Below are positions 1 through 11,989 of a DNA stretch of 64,000 nucleotides, in pieces (position 1 is the stretch's first letter; each line of letters starts with the position of its first letter). The DNA is from Diplonema japonicum (Eukaryota > Protista > Euglenozoa: Diplonemea): the NCBI GenBank assembly GCA_964019335.1, contig OZ025673.1, positions 310,001-374,000 of the forward strand, given 5' to 3'. The notes under the pieces were generated by a model. The model had not been told where the DNA came from. It saw nothing but the letters and a program-made list of their open reading frames with translations, and did not search any database. The translations under genes and the position numbers were made by a program.

Positions 1-232
1 TGACTGTTGTGAGCCAGACTTCTTCGGAGATATGGGTGTTTTCGGACGCGGCCATGATTCGATCTACTTTTTCGCCCAGAATTTTTGACGCCCTTTGTAC
101 CAGTTCCAGATCCTCGTAGTCTTCATCAGTTTCCCCTAGAATGGCGAGCTGGCGTACGATGTCATCTTTCTTCCCAACGAACAGAGATTTCTTAGCCTGG
201 CGTTCTTGGAGATCTCGTACGAGCTCCTCCAT
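1..232 (-). CDS. 5' part of a hypothetical protein running off the window edge (MEELVRDLQERQAKKSLFVGKKDDIVRQLAILGETDEDYEDL...)
   Basis: Hand translation: ATG at 232, open frame to base 1, coding-like composition, A-rich upstream tract like the other genes. Confidence 0.7.
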   Translation of the reverse strand, partial: MEELVRDLQERQAKKSLFVGKKDDIVRQLAILGETDEDYEDLELVQRASKILGEKVDRIMAASENTHISEEVWLTTV

Positions 233-1131
233 ATCAGGATTTTCTTTTTTTTTTTCTTTTGTTTTATATTAAAATCCTTTTTTTTCTTCCCCCCCCCGGC
301 ATTGAACAATTAAAAAAAAATATTTTTTTCTTCAAAGGGGAAAGTGGTGGAAAGCGGGGGGGAGGGAAAGAAACGAGAAAAAAAAAGGGGGGTAGTAGTG
401 GTGGAAAAAAAAAAAAAAAAAGGAACTAATTATACGAACAAGTAATGTGGATTGTGCAAAAAAAAAAAAAAGAATAAATAATAGTAATAATAAAAACTGG
501 AAAAAAAAAAAAGAGATTAAACCTCCCTGCCATCCCCCATCGTCAATTAGGGTGGGGGGGGGTTCCTTTTTTTTCTTTTCTTTTTTTTTTTTCGTTCTTT
601 TATTTGGTAGTAGTGAGAAGGGCTTTCAGTCTCTTGGACTCGCGTGTTTTCTTTTCGTTCGTTCTCCTCTCCTACTCACCACATGGTTTCTTTTTTTTTT
701 TTTTTTTAATGGTTTGAAATGGATTTTTTGTTCCCAAAAGAAAAAAAAAGAAAAAAAAGGGGAGGGGGAGAATAAGAGAACAAGCACCCTTTTTTTTAAT
801 TCTGACATTTCCTTCTTTTCAGACAACGTATGGTTCCCAGCAATCCTTGGCTGCTGTTTCTGGTTAGCTTCACCAGAGCTGTCTATTTTCTTGTTTGTTC
901 TCTTTCCCCCCCCCCTATAAATAAAAAAACTCATTTCTCACCCGCGTCCTCCCCCACCTCCCCTTACTTATTTGTTTGCTATGCAACTGTTACAATTTCT
1001 TTTCTAAAAAACTTAGATTATTTGTAGTGCATAGTGCTGCCAACATTCTGTTGATTGTGTGTATCTTGCATGAGTTTGGAAAAATAGGTGCAATCCGAAA
1101 ATATATCTTTTTCTCCCTCTTTTTTTTTTTT

Positions 1132-1262
1132 TGTTACAAATATTTATCTTTCAAAAAATGATTTTATAACTATATGCAACTTGTGCCGAGCAAAAAATTT
1201 TCACAGCTTTTTAAAAAACCTTTTTTGCTCGTGCGAACAACAAAACTTCCTCTTTCATAAAG
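1132..1262 (+). mobile_element. Solo/short derivative of the retroelement terminal repeat (A part plus degenerate B)
   Basis: tgttacaaatatttatctttc...ttttttgctcgtgcgaacaacaa is near-identical to 11869-11980 and 14725-14838; followed by a B-like tcataaag; preceded by a T-run. Confidence 0.85.
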
Positions 1263-1303
1263 TCGACCACATCGCTGTATAATGTGTGTTACGATCTACT
1301 TGC

Positions 1304-1334
<31 letters not shown>

Positions 1335-1349
1335 GTTTCATCAAAAAAT

Positions 1350-1682
1350 AATAACTATTAAGTCGACTTTATTTCCCGGGCGGAGATTTTCAACAATCCC
1401 GAGGTATTTGAGCACAGGCCGAGGGATAGTTATCCCCGCCAAGGGAAAGGGAAAGTCAACTTTAGTACCCTAATCTGTAATTTTACTTTTCCTATATTTT
1501 GCGCCCATGGTTGTCAGAACACTGTGATAGTAAGGCCTACAGGCCATGCGCCGACCCCTTTTTTGAAAGAAAACCCCTGTGGAAAATAAAGTACTTTATT
1601 GTCCTGCCGGGAAATAAAGTGCACTTTATTTCCACTGGCCGGAGGGAAATATAGGACGAATAAAAATAAAAATTGATAGTTA
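1350..1682. mobile_element. Non-autonomous palindrome-rich DNA element (Crypton-like architecture), repeated motif ACTTTATTTCC/GGAAATAAAGT
   Basis: Starts ataactat, ends atagtta; inverted and repeated actttatt/aataaagt motifs at both ends; degenerate cccgagg...ggccgaggg core. Confidence 0.5.
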
Positions 1683-1821
1683 AAACGCACCGTGATGGGC
1701 TAGCATCATCTTCATGCTGTCATCTGGGGTGTTAAAGAGTGACAAAAATTTTCAAAAAAAAAATCAAAAAAAAAAAAAAAAAAGGAGGCGCCACCCCTTT
1801 TTTTTATTTATCTGCGAAAAC

Positions 1822-1861
<40 letters not shown>

Positions 1862-2078
1862 AGGTTATCGGTTAAATATTTATGTACCACAAGTTGGTAG
1901 AATGAAAAAAGTAGTATTTTTAAATTTGTATGACACCAAATAAGAAAAAAAAAAAAAAAGAAAGAAAGAAAAAAAAAAGAGCTTTCTATTTTCTTCATGC
2001 CTCTCGGTTTGTTTTAAAAAAGTTTTTTTTTTTGTTTGGGAACACATGGCACAAGATTCAGGCTGGATCAGCAACATG

Positions 2079-2114
<36 letters not shown>

Positions 2115-2389
2115 TTAAAAAAAAAAAACACCCCATCTCCTCGTAAAGCTGAGTTTTTAACAAAGCAGCTGAATTTTCTTTTCTTTTTTTTTTTTTTTTT
2201 CTTCCTTCTTCTTTCATTCTCCCTCCCAAAATACACTGACAGATGTGCTTCAGGTCATTGTACATAAAAGTTTGAACAATAAAAAAAGAAGAAAAAAAAA
2301 AAAAAAAAACCACCAAAATATGTCAAGCCCACATTCCCCGAAAGTGAGCGAACCTTGGTGAACAGAAAAACAGGGTGGGTATACTTTCT

Positions 2390-2426
<37 letters not shown>

Positions 2427-2473
2427 GGCAATTAGCCAGCCTGGTGACCAAAAATACCAGTGAAATGTCTGTT

Positions 2474-2505
<32 letters not shown>

Positions 2506-2630
2506 CCCCCCGTTTCGACCGCTACCTGGTGAAACAGAGTAAAGGCCCCCTGTCATGAAAAACCTTCTGAGGGATGAGCCTATTTTTGTTGGTGTACGCG
2601 TGTATGCCCGAAAAAAGGAGTGAAATAAAA

Positions 2631-2962
2631 TTCACCATAATTGGAAACGAAGTGGTTAGCAACGGGGGGGAGAGGGATAGGCAAGTTTTCTTGATGTTTG
2701 CATTTAAAAAAGATGTTTTTGAAGGGAACCTGCGGTATGTGACAGGATCGCCTTAAGAAAAAAAAAAAGAAAAAAAAATGGGGCGTTGATTGCTACACTA
2801 AGTGGCGTTAAGTGCGCAGCGAAGCATGAACTGTCTACTTGATCACAGGGGGCGCACTGCGCCGAGCTGTAGCTTCTTCTGCGTTCCGCGTCGTGTCTTT
2901 AATGCGTGCGGCTCAACCCCAGCCGGGGCGAGTGTGTCTGATGACCGACGTGGAGGTCAACA
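2631..2962. repeat. Cluster of dispersed short intergenic motifs (family 2 at ~2631, family 1 at ~2721, tail of family 3 at ~2937)
   Basis: ggaaacgaagtggttagcaacgg; aagggaacctgcggtatgtgacagga; gatgaccgacgtggaggtcaaca; each recurs elsewhere in the window. Confidence 0.65.
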
Positions 2963-2988
2963 TATATATCCATGTTATCCCTACCGTC

Positions 2989-3022
<34 letters not shown>

Positions 3023-3677
3023 AGAAGAAAATGATTTTCTAACCGGGTGGGACCAGAACCGTTGGAAATTCAAAAGGCGATATTTATGAGGAAATCCCAC
3101 TTGAGGGGACAACCTTTTAAAACGACCTTGGGGCGGGGGAGAGGATGAGTAAAAAAAAAAAAAAAAAAAAAAATCCCCACTGGGATATAAAAAAAATGAT
3201 TGAAAAAAAAAATTGCTTTTTTTTTTCCCCCAACTTTCACCCTTCTGTTCTCTTTCTCTTCTTTCAGATTTATCTTCTTTCAATATTTCTTAATTTCTTT
3301 CAAAATGGGAGGAAGAGAGAGAGAAGAGAGAGAGAGAGAGGGGCGGGGGGGGAAGAAAAGAGAAAGGAAAGAAGTTCTCTCGCTTTCGCTCTTCTTCTTT
3401 TCTTTTTTTTTTTTAAAAATAAATATCCCCCACAAAACAATCACAAGAAGAGAAGCAAGAAAATTCACCGTTCGCACTGGTGCCTGCGGTGGTTGTCAAG
3501 ATGGGCGGCATCTGGGTAGAAACATAGCTTGAGGTACTGCACTTTCTGAATGCGTCTCAGATAATGACTTATTGTTGCACAGGACCGATTCACAGAGGGG
3601 GTCCTTCATTTCTAAGAGGGAAAACCAAAAAATAAAGATTCAAATCATGACTCTTATTTTTGTTGTTGGTAATACAT

Positions 3678-3708
<31 letters not shown>

Positions 3709-4277
3709 CCCAGTCAGCTTACATTCCTTTAACAGTCTGCCATTTTTTCTTTTTTTCGCGAGAACTTACGAGACAAGGTTGAAAAAAAAAAAAAAAAAAA
3801 ATCAAAATTTTCAAAAAAAAAAAAAAAAAAAACTTTATTTTCTTCTTCTTTCTTTCTTTCTTTTTTTTTTTTTTTTTATCTTTTCCTTTTTTTCCACAAA
3901 AGAAAAAAATTGTAAGTAATTGCGAAAAATGTGAAGAAATTGGGTGGAGATCCATAACACTACTTTTTTTTGGGGGGGGTCAGTTGGCCCATTACATCGG
4001 CCTACTTTACTTGGCTACAAACAATTTTGCATTACGCGCAGGACACAGGTGTGGGCCACATAGGCGCACCTCTACCTTTCACCGCCATAAATACCGACTT
4101 CATGGCAGTTTCACCTATTCTCTCTTGTCACCCCCTCCCTTTTATTTTCTTTGTTCATTCCTTCAAAACAAACCTTGGTGGAAGGAAGTTTTGGGAAGTC
4201 ATACGGAAGGGAAAAAAAAGGGGGTGGGGTGGGGTAGGGGGACGAAAGGAAAAGGGAAGAAAAAAAAATATATAAAA

Positions 4278-4398
4278 ATGAGTTAAAGGAGACCGGTGTT
4301 GGCGGCGCCCTGCACCAAGATTCGTCGAGACGTTCTTCCACTCGGGCGCTACTGGCGATGACCGACGTGAGGTCAACAGCGAACAACACATCTCAGAT
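4278..4398. repeat. Dispersed repeat family 3, longest copy
   Basis: gagttaaaggagaccggtgttggcggcgccctgcac...gaggtcaacagcgaacaacacatct; related copies at ~16731-16820, ~31986-32020, ~62465-62500, ~2937-2962. Confidence 0.75.
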
Positions 4399-4956
4399 GC
4401 CCACCACCTTTTGAAAAAAAAAAAAAAAAAAAAAAGGGGGAGATCCCACCACTTCATTTTGACCATCCCTCAAAAAAAAAGAGGAACTGGGAAAAATTTG
4501 TTTGTACGTGCCGGGTAAAACCTGGAGAAGTTTGTCAACCCGTAAACACGTTGCCAGCGTTCAAAAAAAAAAATTCTAAAAGCACCCCTCATTGGTGAGT
4601 CAGGGCTGCTCTAGAATAAAATAAAAAGAGGGCCCGCTTGTTCCGCGGGTACAAGGGAAAGAGAGAGTATTTTGTGTGTGCAAAGAGGAAAAAAGAGGAA
4701 CAGAAAATGAGCAAAAAAAAAGAAAAAAGTACAAATAAAAAAAAGGATGGGTAGAATAGGGGGGCTTTTTTTTTTGCTGTATAGAGAAAAGAACAAAAAA
4801 CTAGATAGGAGGGGGGGGGGGGGGGGGTGATGTTATAAAAGCGTAAGAGTAGGAACAAATTTTTATTGTATCAAAAGTAGGGGGGGGGGGGGGGAGGAAT
4901 CTTCTTATGTATGCAACATGTGACTGTTGCTTTCTTTTTTTTCTTTTTTCCCATTC

Positions 4957-5129
4957 ACAGTATCACCCAGGGTTAACCGATCACCGTCGGGGTTTTTTTT
5001 GAAACCCGAGCAATTTTAGATTTTTTTTTTCGAAAATATTAAAATGCCATGGGCCCTCCCCCTACGTGACTGACGTCAATTTTAAACCCGATTGCAGTTA
5101 GACTAGGAGTTAACCCTGGGTTACTATGT
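4957..5129. mobile_element. Small MITE-like element with imperfect ~21 bp terminal inverted repeats
   Basis: acagtatcacccagggttaac (4957-4977) versus gttaaccctgggttactatgt (5109-5129). Confidence 0.55.
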
Positions 5130-5176
5130 TCTTTTTTTCTACACATTTTTCTTCTTCTTCTTCTTTTTTTTTTTTA

Positions 5177-5750
5177 ATTTCACTCTTCTGAAATTACTTC
5201 ACGCACTAGGGGGCCCATTACTTCACATTACTTCACGGTGAAATAATGGCCTGTTTTCCGTGAAGTAATAGGGGGTTTCCGGTAAATAATATGCCTCGGT
5301 AGGCCAGTTTTTGCCTCGGTTCGGTTCCCAGTGAGGCAACTTTCTCCTCTCAGTTTGCCAATATCCCCCCAGGTTCAGCTCAATTGGCCAACTTTTGCCT
5401 CGGCTCAGTTCCAAGTTGGACTACTTTTTCCTCCTCTATTTAGTCAGCTTACCAAGCTCCCCAAAAGACTTCAAAATATTGAAGCAGGAGTGAGAAGGCC
5501 TGATTAGAGATGGTGACAGTGGCAATGCCAGCGACAGCGGCAGCTCTTAGTCAACAAAAGGAGGGAAAACAACTTTGTATTGTAACCTTTGTAACCCCTC
5601 TCTTGTTGTACCCCTTGTCACCCCTTTGTGCCCCTCGTGGTGAAGTAATTTCGAGAGTGTCGTGAAATAAAACCACTTACCTACCGCCAAGTAATGCTTT
5701 ACCGACCTCGAGGTAACAAAGTCATTACTTGTTGGCAGTAAATAGCTATT
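5177..5750. mobile_element. Non-autonomous palindrome-rich DNA element, inverted homologue of 15618-16188, motif ATTACTTCAC/GTGAAGTAAT
   Basis: Both ends align to the reverse complement of the 15618-16188 ends (atttcactctt...cactagggg.c.catta; tttgttggca.taaatag.tat); degenerate internal tandem repeats at ~5290-5430. Confidence 0.6.
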
Positions 5751-5827
5751 TTTTTTTTTTTTTAAATAGTACTCCCCCTCTTCCCCCCTTTTTTTTTGCA
5801 GGCTCGCAAATTGTCAACTACATTTTT

Positions 5828-5863
<36 letters not shown>

Positions 5864-6414
5864 CACCGATATTTGAGGTGCCACACCTCTGACAAGGAGT
5901 CAATCTTGCGAGACCCCTCTTTACAGTGTGTCCCCCCCATACCATACTGTGGCTGGCCTTAATGAGTATGGAAGAAAATAAGTACATTCTCTCTTTTTTT
6001 TTTCTTTTTTTTTTCGTCTTCATCTTCTTCCTTATTTATGCTGCTACTTGGACCCCCAAAAAAATCTTTTTGGTAGTTCCGAGCATGCTGATCTTGCTGT
6101 GTGAGTTTTTTTTTTTTTCTTTTTTTTTCCTTCTCTCAGCGGACCCTTGGAGACCATTTCAAAAAATTCTTTTGGGAAACGAGCTTTCAAAATTAGAAAT
6201 CCCGAAGGATACATTATCAATTACGTTCATCTGTCACAAACCTCATGTTAATCAGAAAAATCTTTTTCAATTTGTGCCAAAAAAAGAAACAAAATACCTG
6301 GTGTCTTTTAGTAAAAACATAGCTCAACAAAAATGTGATATTTTTCGGAGATTTTCAGAAATCCATGTGACAAATAACGAATAATTGACCATATATATTT
6401 ATATATATTCTTCT

Positions 6415-6452
<38 letters not shown>

Positions 6453-7585
6453 CCAATTTCTTTCTTTCCTCCCATTCCTTGCTTGCAATCATTATGTTAT
6501 AAATAATCACTTGAGGGCGCAAAGAGAGGGAATCTAAAAAAAAAGAGGGGAAAACCGGTATTAAAAAAAAAGCTTTGTTTTGTTTTGTGTTGTTGTTCCA
6601 GGTTCTGTTCGTTGTTATATATTGTCTCTCGCAGAAAAAGAAAGAAAGAAATCAATGATGGGAGGGAGGGAGGGAGTGGGGGTCAAAAAGTCCTTTAAAA
6701 AGTGTCCACGATTTGGGGTGTTTTTTTTTTTTTTTTTTTTTTTTTTGAGTTTCACTTCCAAAACATTACCTGAGCTCCCCATGGCCAGCCGATTCAGCAC
6801 CTTTCCGGGATATGATGAGGTTTAACTATACTATCTTTTTGTGTGGTCTTAGGTAATTTTTCAAAAAATTGAAAAGGGTGCCATAGTGGACAGCTTTTGA
6901 CCCCCGTTGAAGGGGTAAAGGGGGGGGGGGGGGGGGGGAGAGTGTTGGCGATCCCACACAATAAAGAGAGAATAAAATATAGATGATGGGGGGTAGTTTT
7001 AATTTTTTTTTCAGAGTCCTCTTTTTTTTTTTCCTTTTTTTTTCCCCCCCTTTTTTTCTCTTCCCCCACCCTTTATTTTCTTTAGATAAAAAGTTTTAAA
7101 AAAAAAAAGAATTCAAAAAAAAAAAAAACTTTTTCACAGTTTTGTATCCGGCTATTAGCGGACGTGTCTGCAAATAGTAAAAAAAAGGAGAGGTTCCGTG
7201 ATGTATAGGGGCAAGCACACGAGGAAAGTTTGATATTACAAAAAAAAAAGTCTGCGCGGGTTCCACGCACACTGGTAATGTAATGACTTCTCACGTCACT
7301 GTTCGTTAGGGAAACACAGCAACTGACACTAATCGCGTGTATCTTACTTTTTCTTTTTTCTCCCCCCTTTCTTTTTCTTTCCAAGAACTCCAAGTTTGCA
7401 GTTTTCTCAATAAATCTTGTGAGATGTGTTTTCCACAGTCCCACTTGGGGGAAAAGAAAAACAGTAGAATGTGAGCATTTTTTTTTCTTTTTTTTTGCAA
7501 GAGGGTTGAAAAAAAAAAAAAAAAAAAAAAAAACATGGGTATAAGAATAAAAGGCGGGGCATCTATAACTTACTAAAACTAAGGG

Positions 7586-7625
<40 letters not shown>

Positions 7626-7975
7626 GTTTTCTCTCACAGACAAGACTTGCCCGTCACAAGGCGAAGTTTTTGAAGTTATAGAGTTTTTTTTTTTTTTTTC
7701 CACCCACACCTTCCCCCCCCCTTTTTTTCATTTTCGCTATTTTGGCTTTCTTTCACACACCGATGGCTCTCATACTGTAGTGACATAGTGACACGTTAGA
7801 ATGAAGAAAAAAAAAAAAAAAGATCCCTCGGAATGGAAGAAAATCAGCACCCAGCAAGGGACGCAGGCTAGAACGGGACATGACAGCTGTGCGCCCGTTC
7901 TACCACTGTTCCCAAGTGATGAAAGGGTAAGAAATAGAAAATATACTTTTCGCAACAGAAAGGGAAGGGTTTTTT

Positions 7976-8023
<48 letters not shown>

Positions 8024-8940
8024 ACGTACATGCTTGACGGGCACAAAAATGAATTTATCACACTGAGCATCGTACGCCTATAAAAAAAGAAAAAAAAAAA
8101 AGAAAAAAAAAAAAAAAAGGAAAGAATACTGAACTTTTAAGTACTGATTACCAAAAGTTGTTAAACATACCAAACAAAAAAAAAAAAGAGAAAAAAAAAA
8201 AGAATCAACAAAAGCAGCGCAACGAGGATGCAGTAGGAGTAGGGAGGATTGTCGTTGTTTTCAATTTTCTTCTTCTTTTTTTTTAGTTTCTTTTTATTAC
8301 ACCTCATATCTCAAGTGCCCAAACCATGAAGGGGTTCACAGCATCCTCTCCTGAGAAAACCTATTGGGGATCCTTAGGAAAATACATATAGCGATTCTTG
8401 CATCCTTGGATTTCTTTCCCCCTTTGTGAAAACGGGGGGAAGAAAAAAAATTAGACACGTTGAAATACGAAGGGTGTTAGTCAAAACAAAAACAAAAAAC
8501 AAATACAGAAAGGGGGGGAAGAAAAAAAATAGATATAGAAATACTCCAAAGGCCTGTCCTGACAAAAAAAAAACTTTTTTTTTTACTGCAAAGAATGACC
8601 ATCTAGCTACTCGGGGTTACATTGTGGTGAAATGCAATCGAGAAAGACTAAAAGAAAAAAAAAAAGAAGCCATTCCTTGGGAATCAGTAGATAAAATAAA
8701 ATATAAAAATCAGGGACGAAAAATTGTAGGCAAAATTTACTTTTACAAAAGTATGTATACAACAGCCATCCTTCCATGGGCTGTTGTTGGTCTCTCTTTT
8801 TCTTTAAAGTAGGGGGGGGGAGCAGAAAAAGATAAAAAAGAGGTTTTTGAGTCAAGGGGGTGTGCGCATTCTCATAATCTACCTGTTAATAAATTTTGGG
8901 ATTTAAAAAAAAAAAAAAATAGTTTCCAAAAAAAAAAAAA

Positions 8941-8980
8941 TTCACTATGATAGGAACGAAGTGGTTAGCAACGGCCCGCC
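8941..8980. repeat. Dispersed motif family 2
   Basis: ttcactatgataggaacgaagtggttagcaacggcccgcc; also at ~26981, ~2631 and weakly ~30863. Confidence 0.7.
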
Positions 8981-10141
8981 AAAAAAAAGAAAGAAGAAAT
9001 AGAGGTGCAATATTATTATTATTATTATTTTTTTTTTTTTTCCCATTTAGGAACAGAGAATGAAAAAAAAAAAGAAATCTATTTGCCCCTTTTTTTTTTC
9101 TAAAATTTAAGTCCACCAAAGAAACCCAGTTTTCAAGGCCCTGTAGATAAAAAAAAAAAAACCTGTAGGAAAAAAAAAAGAGAAAAAAAACTGTTTAGAA
9201 ACTTCTGGTTGTATTTTTTTTCTTCTTTTGTATTTTGAAGGAGCGGCACAAAAAAAAACCGAGAAGTAAAGGGGGGGGGGGGGGGTCCGAATAATCCCTT
9301 TGGTCACCCTTTTTAAAAATGCAAAAAGAATTGCTCAAAAGTGCCCAAAACAGACGGAAATCGATTTGGTCAAAAAAAGGGCAGTACATTGGTTAGGTGG
9401 CTGTCGAGCCCTACTGGCGTAACTGAGAAAAACCCTTTTACGGCTACCATGTGCCCCCGGTCCCCCCCCCAAAAAAAAGAAAGGGTGTCGGGAATTATTT
9501 GGGAAATTTGGAGCGGGAAAATCCCTGAAAAAAAAAAAAAAGAATCTGGGAATACACATTATTTGGGATTGAATTATTCGAGCCCCCTCCCTTTAAGCCT
9601 TTTCTTCTTCCTCTTTTTTTTTTCTTGCAATTTTGTTTCTTCTTTTCTTTATATTTTCTTAGATTTACTTTCCCCAGACCAACTTACATCTTCCTCCTTT
9701 TCTTTTTAGGTGGGGCTATGGGGGAAAGGGGAAGGCAAAGATGCCATGGTGATGAAGAATTCTGAGAAACTATGGGGTGGAGGGTACAGTAGGACGAGAG
9801 GCAAGTAAGAAAAAAGAGGGCATAGGGGGAAGAAAAAAAAAAGAGCTGAAAAGCGTTTTATGCAATAATGGAAAAAGCCCAGTGGGGGGGGGGGGGGGGG
9901 GGGTAGACTTTTGACAGACGGCCACTCTCAGCCCTTTTTTATTTTCTTTTTTTTTTTCCTTCCCCCTTTTTTTTTTGCCCTCCCTTCCCAAACCTCCATC
10001 TTTCAACGTTTGTGTCATTACAGGAAATGGTTTTTTTTTTTTTTCTTCTTCTTTCTTTTTTTCTTTTTTTTTTCTGTTCCTTTCAGTCCGGTTTCTTTCT
10101 CCCATACCAAAGAATTAAAAAAAAAAAAAAAAAAAAAAAAA

Positions 10142-11149
10142 TCAACTCACCCCTGCCCGCTCATCAATTGTAACGAGCGTGTGACTGGGAGTGACTTCAG
10201 GTGGTGTGTTGATAGTGGTAGTGAAGGTGTTGGTTACCAAGGTGCTTGGTGCAGGAGCATACTCGTCTTCCACATCACCTCCACGGCACTGTATCTTTAT
10301 AATTACAATGAAGGCAACCACGAGGACTACGACAGGCAAGACACTGGCGAAAACAGGAATATCAGTGGTGCTCCCTCCACTTGCATTCTGCGGCAAATCC
10401 ATCCCACCCTCCACCGGCATCCCGTCGTCTACAGGCACAGTCGCGTTCAGCTCCGGCACAGGAACGACCGTACCACCTCCAGGTGTGGCTGTCTTGTTCT
10501 CCATTGACACCATTTGCGGGATATGTTTCATCGAGACAGTGGGGGGAAACGTGTGCTGTATTGGCTGCATGGTGGGAGCATGCGTAGGGGGTGCCACTGT
10601 GTCAGGAATATCTGTATCAGGCGCAATTGTATCAGGAGAGACTGTAGAAGAAGGAGTTGAAGAGGGACTAGAGGTAGCATTCACTACAGGATCCGGTGTT
10701 TGAGTAACAGGTATAAGAACAGGGGGGGCAGGGGTGTCAGGTGCTGACGTCGGCTCAGCCGTTGGTGCAGCACATTTTATCCTGCAAATATTCTGGCATG
10801 TTACGGTGAGTGGTCCCCCGTTGTTGCCGCATTTGTCAGCAGGCATTGTCGATCCGCCGTTTTTATTGTGGAAGAGCTGGATTACTGGGAATCTTGGAAG
10901 GAAGTAACACCCCTTTGGATAGTCCCCCAGTGCCTGTATGGTTGGCACGCCTACTGCTGGTGCTCTGGTGAGAGACAGACCAGCCGCAGCGTCTGAGCAC
11001 TCATTGACATCCAGGATGTGTTCGTTACTCCCTTCGCATGCTCCCTTGTCCGCTAGTGTGTACTTCCACCCACCGCTGCAAGCTGTCGTCGTCGCATCAG
11101 CACAACCAACCAACAGCGCCACGTACAGAAAGAACTGCCTGTGACTCAT
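10142..11149 (-). CDS. Type I membrane/surface protein: signal peptide, Cys-rich domain, Pro/Thr-rich (PTAEPT, DTxAP) stalk, single TM
   Basis: 335 aa ORF; hydrophobic N-terminus, clustered Cys, mucin-like stalk, TM VFASVLPVVVLVVAFIVII. Confidence 0.85.
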   Translation of the reverse strand: MSHRQFFLYVALLVGCADATTTACSGGWKYTLADKGACEGSNEHILDVNECSDAAAGLSLTRAPAVGVPTIQALGDYPKGCYFLPRFPVIQLFHNKNGGSTMPADKCGNNGGPLTVTCQNICRIKCAAPTAEPTSAPDTPAPPVLIPVTQTPDPVVNATSSPSSTPSSTVSPDTIAPDTDIPDTVAPPTHAPTMQPIQHTFPPTVSMKHIPQMVSMENKTATPGGGTVVPVPELNATVPVDDGMPVEGGMDLPQNASGGSTTDIPVFASVLPVVVLVVAFIVIIKIQCRGGDVEDEYAPAPSTLVTNTFTTTINTPPEVTPSHTLVTIDERAGVS

Positions 11150-11420
11150 TGCAGCATTTTCCGTTTTTGTACTAATCTTTTTTTTTTTCTTCTTTTTTTT
11201 TCTTTTGTGTTTTGCGTGTGTTTTTTTTTTTTTTTTTTTTTTTTTCTTCTCCTGTGGTTTGTTTAGTATTTTTATTTTCTTTTTAATAATATGGGGTGGG
11301 CAGGGGGGGGAGGGGGGGGAACGGGTGGAGGAAACACTGGCTTAGTTTGGGGGAAAAGGGGAGTTGAGAAAAGAACAGCCCGGGAGTTGAAAAAAAAAAA
11401 GAAAAAACCAAAAAAAAAGT

Positions 11421-11817
11421 CTAATTGTCGATGGAAAGAACTTCGATTTCAAAGTTGAGCGTAGCTCCCGCGGGGATGCCCCAGGCAGGGAAGCCATTCG
11501 CACCGTATCCCTCTGCGGCCGGGATGACAATGTTGCGCGACTTTATTTTTATTGTTTTTTAAAAACCTTTTTTTAAAACACACCTCACCGATGGTCATCC
11601 CCAGGCATCCCTGGTCCCACCCCTTAATCACCTGACCAACACCAGCCTTGAACTGGAAAGGCTTCTGGCCAGCGTCCTTCGTGCTCCAGAATTTCTTGTT
11701 GGATTCCTGCACGATCCCAGTAGCGTGGACGGTGACAGTGTCACCCCTGGCCACAGCCCTCCCAGCACCCGCCTTCAGGATCTGAAAGGTCGTCGCGAGT
11801 CCAGCAATGCTCTGCAT
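11421..11817 (-). CDS. FKBP-type peptidyl-prolyl isomerase (FKBP12-like), one intron 11541-11583
   Basis: GDTVTVHATG, FQFKAGVGQVIKGWDQG; removing a 43-nt GT-AG intron gives ...TIGESRNIVIPAAEGYGANGFPAWGIPAGATLNFEIEVLSIDN*. Confidence 0.93.
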
Positions 11818-11989
11818 TTTTCTTCTTTCTTTCTATTATCCCCTTTTTTTTTTCTTTTTTTTTTTCTTTGTTACAAATATTTATCTTTCAAAAAATAATT
11901 TTATAACTATATGCAACTTGTACCGAGCAAAAAACTTTCGCAGCTTTTTAAAAAACCTTTTTTGCTCGTGCGAACAACAAAAAAGTAAA

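Noticed and set aside
2937-2962. Hammerhead ribozyme (CTGATGA followed by a GACC/GGTC stem; similar at 4352-4380)
   Set aside because: All copies read GGTCAAC and lack the required GAAA core; stems I and III were not found.
3440-3610. Small minus-strand CDS or exon
   Set aside because: Frames are short or lack a start, there is no recognisable motif, and no convincing splice partner was found.
447-10105. Numerous 60-160 aa ORFs rich in poly-K, poly-F, poly-P or poly-G, here and in other intergenic regions
   Set aside because: They are translations of homopolymer tracts with no domain signal.
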